Origin: Plasmodiophora brassicae
Taxonomy: Eukaryota
Direction: 5' to 3'
Assembly: GCA_036867785.1 (NCBI GenBank)
Contig: CP145416.1
Coordinates: 1-64,000, forward strand
Length of the DNA stretch: 64,000 nt
Shown here: in pieces, positions 59,801 to 64,000 of the stretch
Position numbering within the stretch: the stretch's first letter is position 1
How the letters are laid out: each line of letters begins with the position of its first letter
Translations under genes and position numbers: made by a program
The notes under the pieces: generated by a model
Databases searched by the model: none
Told to the model about the DNA's origin: nothing
Seen by the model: the letters and a program-made list of their open reading frames with translations, nothing else

Positions 59801-61675
59801 CAGGTGGCCTCTGACACAACGCAGACGGACAGTTAGGCGACAGGGCGGACGGCACGCTGGCGAACGATGGCACGGACGCTCGTCGGGGTCGTCGCCGACC
59901 TGTGCCATCTTGAGCGCACACAACGCGCGCAGGTCCGACATTCGGGAGACGGAATCCTGAAACCTGCCCCATTCCAGTCAGCGCGCGCGCGTCGGAACGC
60001 AAGGGTGGGGCGCGCGCTCCTACTCGCTGGCAACGCGAACGAACTCGGGCTCGGTGGACACCTTGTGGATGCGGACGGCGCCCGGCGAACGCCCGTTGCC
60101 GAACGAGACCAGGCGCGATCCGAACCCAAAGATCGCACCGCAGGGATGCCCTGGCACGCACAGGTGTGGTGAGCGACGGCGCCTCGCCAGGCCAGCAGTG
60201 TACAACCTTTCCAGGCGGGGACGTGGGACCCCGTATTCGACAGGCTGCGGACGGCCACCTTCCCTTCGTACGTCGACGTCGCCAGCAGTTCGGGATTGAA
60301 CGGGTGCCATCGCATGCTGAACGTCGTGCCAGGGTCCTGCGCGCGCACTCAGTGAGGGTCGCGAACGGCGCGATCCCCGCCGAACGACGCATACCTTAAC
60401 GGAATCCAGCAGAGAGCCGTCCCGCGCGTTCCACATACAGGTCTGCGCGTCTTCGCCTGCGTTGCACGATGGCCGGTCAGCCTACGCGGGGCAGGACGAC
60501 GGGGACGGAGCAGCGGCAGTACCTGACGTGACAATGATCGTGGAATCGTGCTGCGACCAGGCAGCCGTGAGGATGCTGCCGCGCGAATGCCCGTTCTGCA
60601 GGACGACGAGCGGCTGCAGGGCATACCGCAGGTCCCAGACCTCGGCGACGGGGCTGGCGTACGCGACGACGAGCTGGCGCGCATCGGACGGGTCCCACGC
60701 CACCGCCGTGGCCGATATGTGACGATGCGACGCCTCGTGGAACGAGAAGATCGCGCGTTTCTCCTTGAGGTTCCAGACATTCGTTGCGCCCGCCGACGTC
60801 GAGCACGCCAGGATGTGCGGCACTTTCATGTTCCACGCCAGGTCCACGATGCTGGCCCGACGACGTTAACGACCGCCCGTATCCAAACGGCGGCAGCCGC
60901 GTGGCACGTACCCGGATCGGTCCGTGCTGTTGTGGACGTACGGCGAGCAGGTCGGCGACGACGGGTTCTTCAGGTCCCAGATGAGGAGCTCCGCCTCGGC
61001 GCCGGACGCGATCAGGTTCGGTTCCGTCGGGTGGAACGCGAGCCCCGCCACCGGCCCAGCGTGCCGTTTCGCAACGACAGGTGCTCGATGGCTGCCTCTA
61101 CACGCGATCCAGCGTTAACGGGGCAGACATCAGCGAACCAGAGGCGGACGTACTCAATGAGGTCGCGGGCGTTCCAGAACAGGACGGACCCATCGGACAT
61201 GCCGCCAGCAATCAACCCGTAGCTGCCATCGGACGACCCCTTCTTGCCCCAGCCGAGCCGAACGAAATCAACGTCCTTGACCTTGGCCTGGGGCACGACA
61301 CGACGACCGGTCAGCGGGAACGACAACGCGCAGGACGGCGGGGAGGCATCGGGGTCCAACCTGTCCGAGCAATGGCATCTCCTGGTGGGGGTCCGCCAGC
61401 GACGCGTCGAAGATCTGCAGGCGCGACGACGTCTGGAAACTGTCGTCGATCGTCCCCGTGACGGTGCCGGCCGCCAGCAGCGCCGGGTGCGATCGCAGCG
61501 GGCACCAGGCCACCGTCGACGACGTCGACACCTGCCCGGCGAATCAGACACGCTGCGTATCGTCCCCAACACCACCGACTTCTTTCAGAACTGGAAATCT
61601 GCCGGACGGGGCCGCCGCCGCCGCGCCATGCGGCACCTCGTACGCATCGCCACCGGCGTACGCCGCGTACGACAT
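56848..61675 (-). CDS. SEC31: COPII coat protein SEC31, multi-exon
   Basis: WD40 region (AWCP...LLAAGTVTGTIDDSF, LIAGGMSDG, IWDL, WPFNP-type blades), FGFGSRLVSF, WEFLQMSFE, INNALVVGDL, WRETLALILTYA, a long Pro-rich region and a C-terminal helical domain. Confidence 0.93.
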
Positions 61676-62081
61676 TCGCGGGTCAGTCGCCCGGTCGCAC
61701 TCGTCGTCGTCGTCGTCGACCACCTCGGGGGGGGCAACAACAACAACCGACGCGGACGCCGCGCACGCGCTCGATCTGCCCCGACGTCTGCAAATAAAAA
61801 GCCCGACGCGAGCCAGGCGCGCCAGCAAAAACAGGGGTGACGTGCCGCCCGCCCGCCGCCCCTCAAAATTCAGGGGCGGTCAGCAGCCTGGCGGGACACG
61901 ACGCGATGACGACGACGCGTCCAAAAACCCCAAAAACGAAACCAAATGTCGATGCAGCGAATGCCACGACAAACGCCGACGACGACGACGAACGATGCGC
62001 ACCAATCGTCGACGTACACACACACACACAGTTTTGAAGGGCGATTTTCATTGCGATACACAAGGAACGGCATGATGGGGA

Positions 62082-62693
62082 TCAGAACTGGGCGACAAGG
62101 AGGATGGCGGCGAGGGCGACGGCAGGAACGGTGACGGTGGCGGCTCCGGAATGGGCGTCGTGCTTGGCGGTGGTGGTGGTGGCGGACCCCTTGGCGCCGG
62201 CGGATGATCTCCCGGTCAACGCGTTGATGGCGAGGCCGGCGGTGACACCGGCGGCGACGGCGCCCGCGACGGCCTTGCCGTACTTGGCAACGACGCCGTT
62301 CGGCGCCGTCTCGACAGGTGCGACCGGTGCTGGGACGGGAGACGGCGGCGGCGGCGGCGTCTTGCTCATGCGACGGGCGACGGCTTTGGCAGTTTTCCAG
62401 AGCGGGACACCGGCAGCGAGGGCTGCAGCGACGCCGGCGACGTCGACCCCGGTTGCGATGGTTTCATTCTGGACGTTCTTCATCCATTCCCCGCAGTACT
62501 TGTTCGTGCGCAAGCAGTACGCGACTTTGTCCACGATGGCGCCCCGCACCGCTTTGACATTGTCCAACAGATTCGGCTTCGTATTGTTGTTCACCGGATC
62601 GGGTATACTATCAGCAGGGCCAGGCTTTGTCGACGCTGCCAGCTGAAAGGCACACGTTGCCAGCAGGACGACGGTGAGGAACGCGACTCTCAT
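62082..62693 (-). CDS. Small secreted/surface protein (signal peptide; hydrophobic, possibly GPI-signal C-terminus)
   Basis: MRVAFLTVVLLATCAFQLAAS...; ends HSGAATVTVPAVALAAILLVAQF. Intronless; no family recognised. Confidence 0.7.
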   Translation of the reverse strand: MRVAFLTVVLLATCAFQLAASTKPGPADSIPDPVNNNTKPNLLDNVKAVRGAIVDKVAYCLRTNKYCGEWMKNVQNETIATGVDVAGVAAALAAGVPLWKTAKAVARRMSKTPPPPPSPVPAPVAPVETAPNGVVAKYGKAVAGAVAAGVTAGLAINALTGRSSAGAKGSATTTTAKHDAHSGAATVTVPAVALAAILLVAQF

Positions 62694-62794
62694 CGTAGCG
62701 GACCAGACGGAACGCAAATGACGGCAAACTCCCAGCTCAGTCCGTCCGGGCAGGGCAGACCCGAAGTCCGCACGCGCGCGCCTATGTATAGAGC

Positions 62795-62919
62795 TGGCCG
62801 AGCGCGATCTATATATAGGTTTGCCTGGGCCCTGTGCGAACATGGGTGGCCAGCTACCCGAAGTGGCCGAGCCCGTTCTATATATAGGTTTGCCTGGGCC
62901 CTGTGCGAACATGGGCGGC
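62795..62919 (-). promoter_or_regulatory. 69-bp-period direct repeat, each copy carrying TATATATA, upstream of the secreted-protein gene
   Basis: CTATATATAGGTTTGCCTGGGCCCTGTGCGAACATGGG at 62809 and 62878. Confidence 0.6.
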
Positions 62920-63348
62920 TCGTGTGTTCGGATCGCCCTTGTCGAGATCTTCAGGCAACGCATGACGACACAGGGAATCAACGGGACCGGCGACCGCCAA
63001 CGGCAGCCCATGCCTAGCGCAAGTGTGGTGGCCTGCGCGCGATGCACCCGACCTGCCAGCGCCGCGTTTCTGGGCGTGCATTCCCATCTGGAAGTTGGCC
63101 CGTCAGAGCCGTACGTTTATTTTACCGCTGAACAGCCGTTGCTGGCCGCTATTTGGGGGGTGGGGGTGCGCCCGAACTAACGATCCACGTACTAACGATC
63201 CACGTGACCCGGGTCAACTAAATTGCGACGTTCCCAAGACCGCGCGTGTTGAACCGTCTGACCCCCATTAGTGCAAATCGCTACGACGTTGACGCAACGA
63301 AACCTGATGAACACGACGTGCGTAGTCGACCGCGTCGCAGACAATACC

Positions 63349-64000
63349 ATGGAGAAACGGTCGATTCGTAGATACATTCACATCGCAAAGCGCCGTATTA
63401 ACGGATCCTTGCGGTGGACGGGGAAACGGCTGCGATTCAATGAGGCGAAAGCGGCGGATCTCGTTACGTCGTATTACTTGACGGATCGTCTGCTGTTCGC
63501 GTACCGCCTTGCCATACTGCTATATATCACGTGGGCGACCGGCATGCAGATGTACCACTTCTTCACCTCCAGCGAGAAGCAGGGCTGGAGCCTGATGTCC
63601 CCATTGGACTACTGTATGTCATGATCTCAGCTGCGTTGGTACCGTCGGCCTAATTGATCTGACCCGCGCCGTTTGCTCTGTTACAGATATGTATCGTAAG
63701 TCGTCTGCACTTCACCCACCGTTTCCCCATATCAGCGTTCAAACGGTTTCGTATCTGTGTAGTAACTCACTGGTGCTTCTCGTTCGTCTGGCTGTACTAC
63801 CTGGTGGGTCGACAACACTGTTTCTACGATACCAGCATCGGGAACTGACGATGGCGAATCTAGTTGTCAACGCTGGCTTCCGGGTACCGGGTGGCCAGCA
63901 ACCTGGCGCGCAACGTCGATTCCGATTGGGCCGATTCGGCCACGGTCATGCAATCCGCTCACGCCTCGCTCACGTACAGCGCATTCATTGTGTCGCTATT
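63349..64000 (+). CDS. Multi-pass membrane protein (rolling stone/FAR-17a-like), partial; runs off the window
   Basis: LFAYRLAILLY..., and spliced YYMYLTHWCFSFVWLYYL (YLTxW motif). Start codon uncertain (63307 or 63349). Confidence 0.6.

Noticed and set aside
63177-63206. 15-bp tandem duplication (CTAACGATCCACGT core)
   Set aside because: A simple local duplication with no further structure.

Overview
This is the left end of a eukaryotic chromosome: GC-rich, gene-dense, with short (~50-70 nt) GT-AG introns. The TTTTAGGG telomere, the ciliary gene DLEC1 and the GH114 genes fit a flagellated protist such as a plasmodiophorid (Plasmodiophora-like); that identification is an inference. From the tip inward: a (CCCTAAAA)n telomere (1-386) fused directly onto a 169-bp satellite; two ~491-bp tandem monomers abutting the ATG of an intact two-ORF APE+RT non-LTR retrotransposon whose 5' end faces the telomere; then a 49-bp-arm fold-back inversion at a 5'-truncated gene. 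This order is compatible with a broken chromosome end capped by a retrotransposon, and it is the most interesting signal in the window. Next come a divergent USP-like peptidase, decayed repeats and a run of ordinary genes (PA-7TM receptor-like, TLDc, DEK-C-like, Reeler, TALE homeobox). Two duplicated multi-domain GH114 genes flank a cassette holding a tyrosine-recombinase (Crypton-like) relic, a dual-specificity phosphatase and a relic of the same LINE family. An ABCC transporter sits head-to-head with an intronless TetX-like monooxygenase. The remainder is Alba, a solute-binding/Cys-rich/multi-TM receptor-like gene, NACA, DLEC1, tRNA-Glu, ARV1, SEC31 and a few small genes. All calls come from motif recognition by eye, with no database searches, and exon boundaries are approximate.
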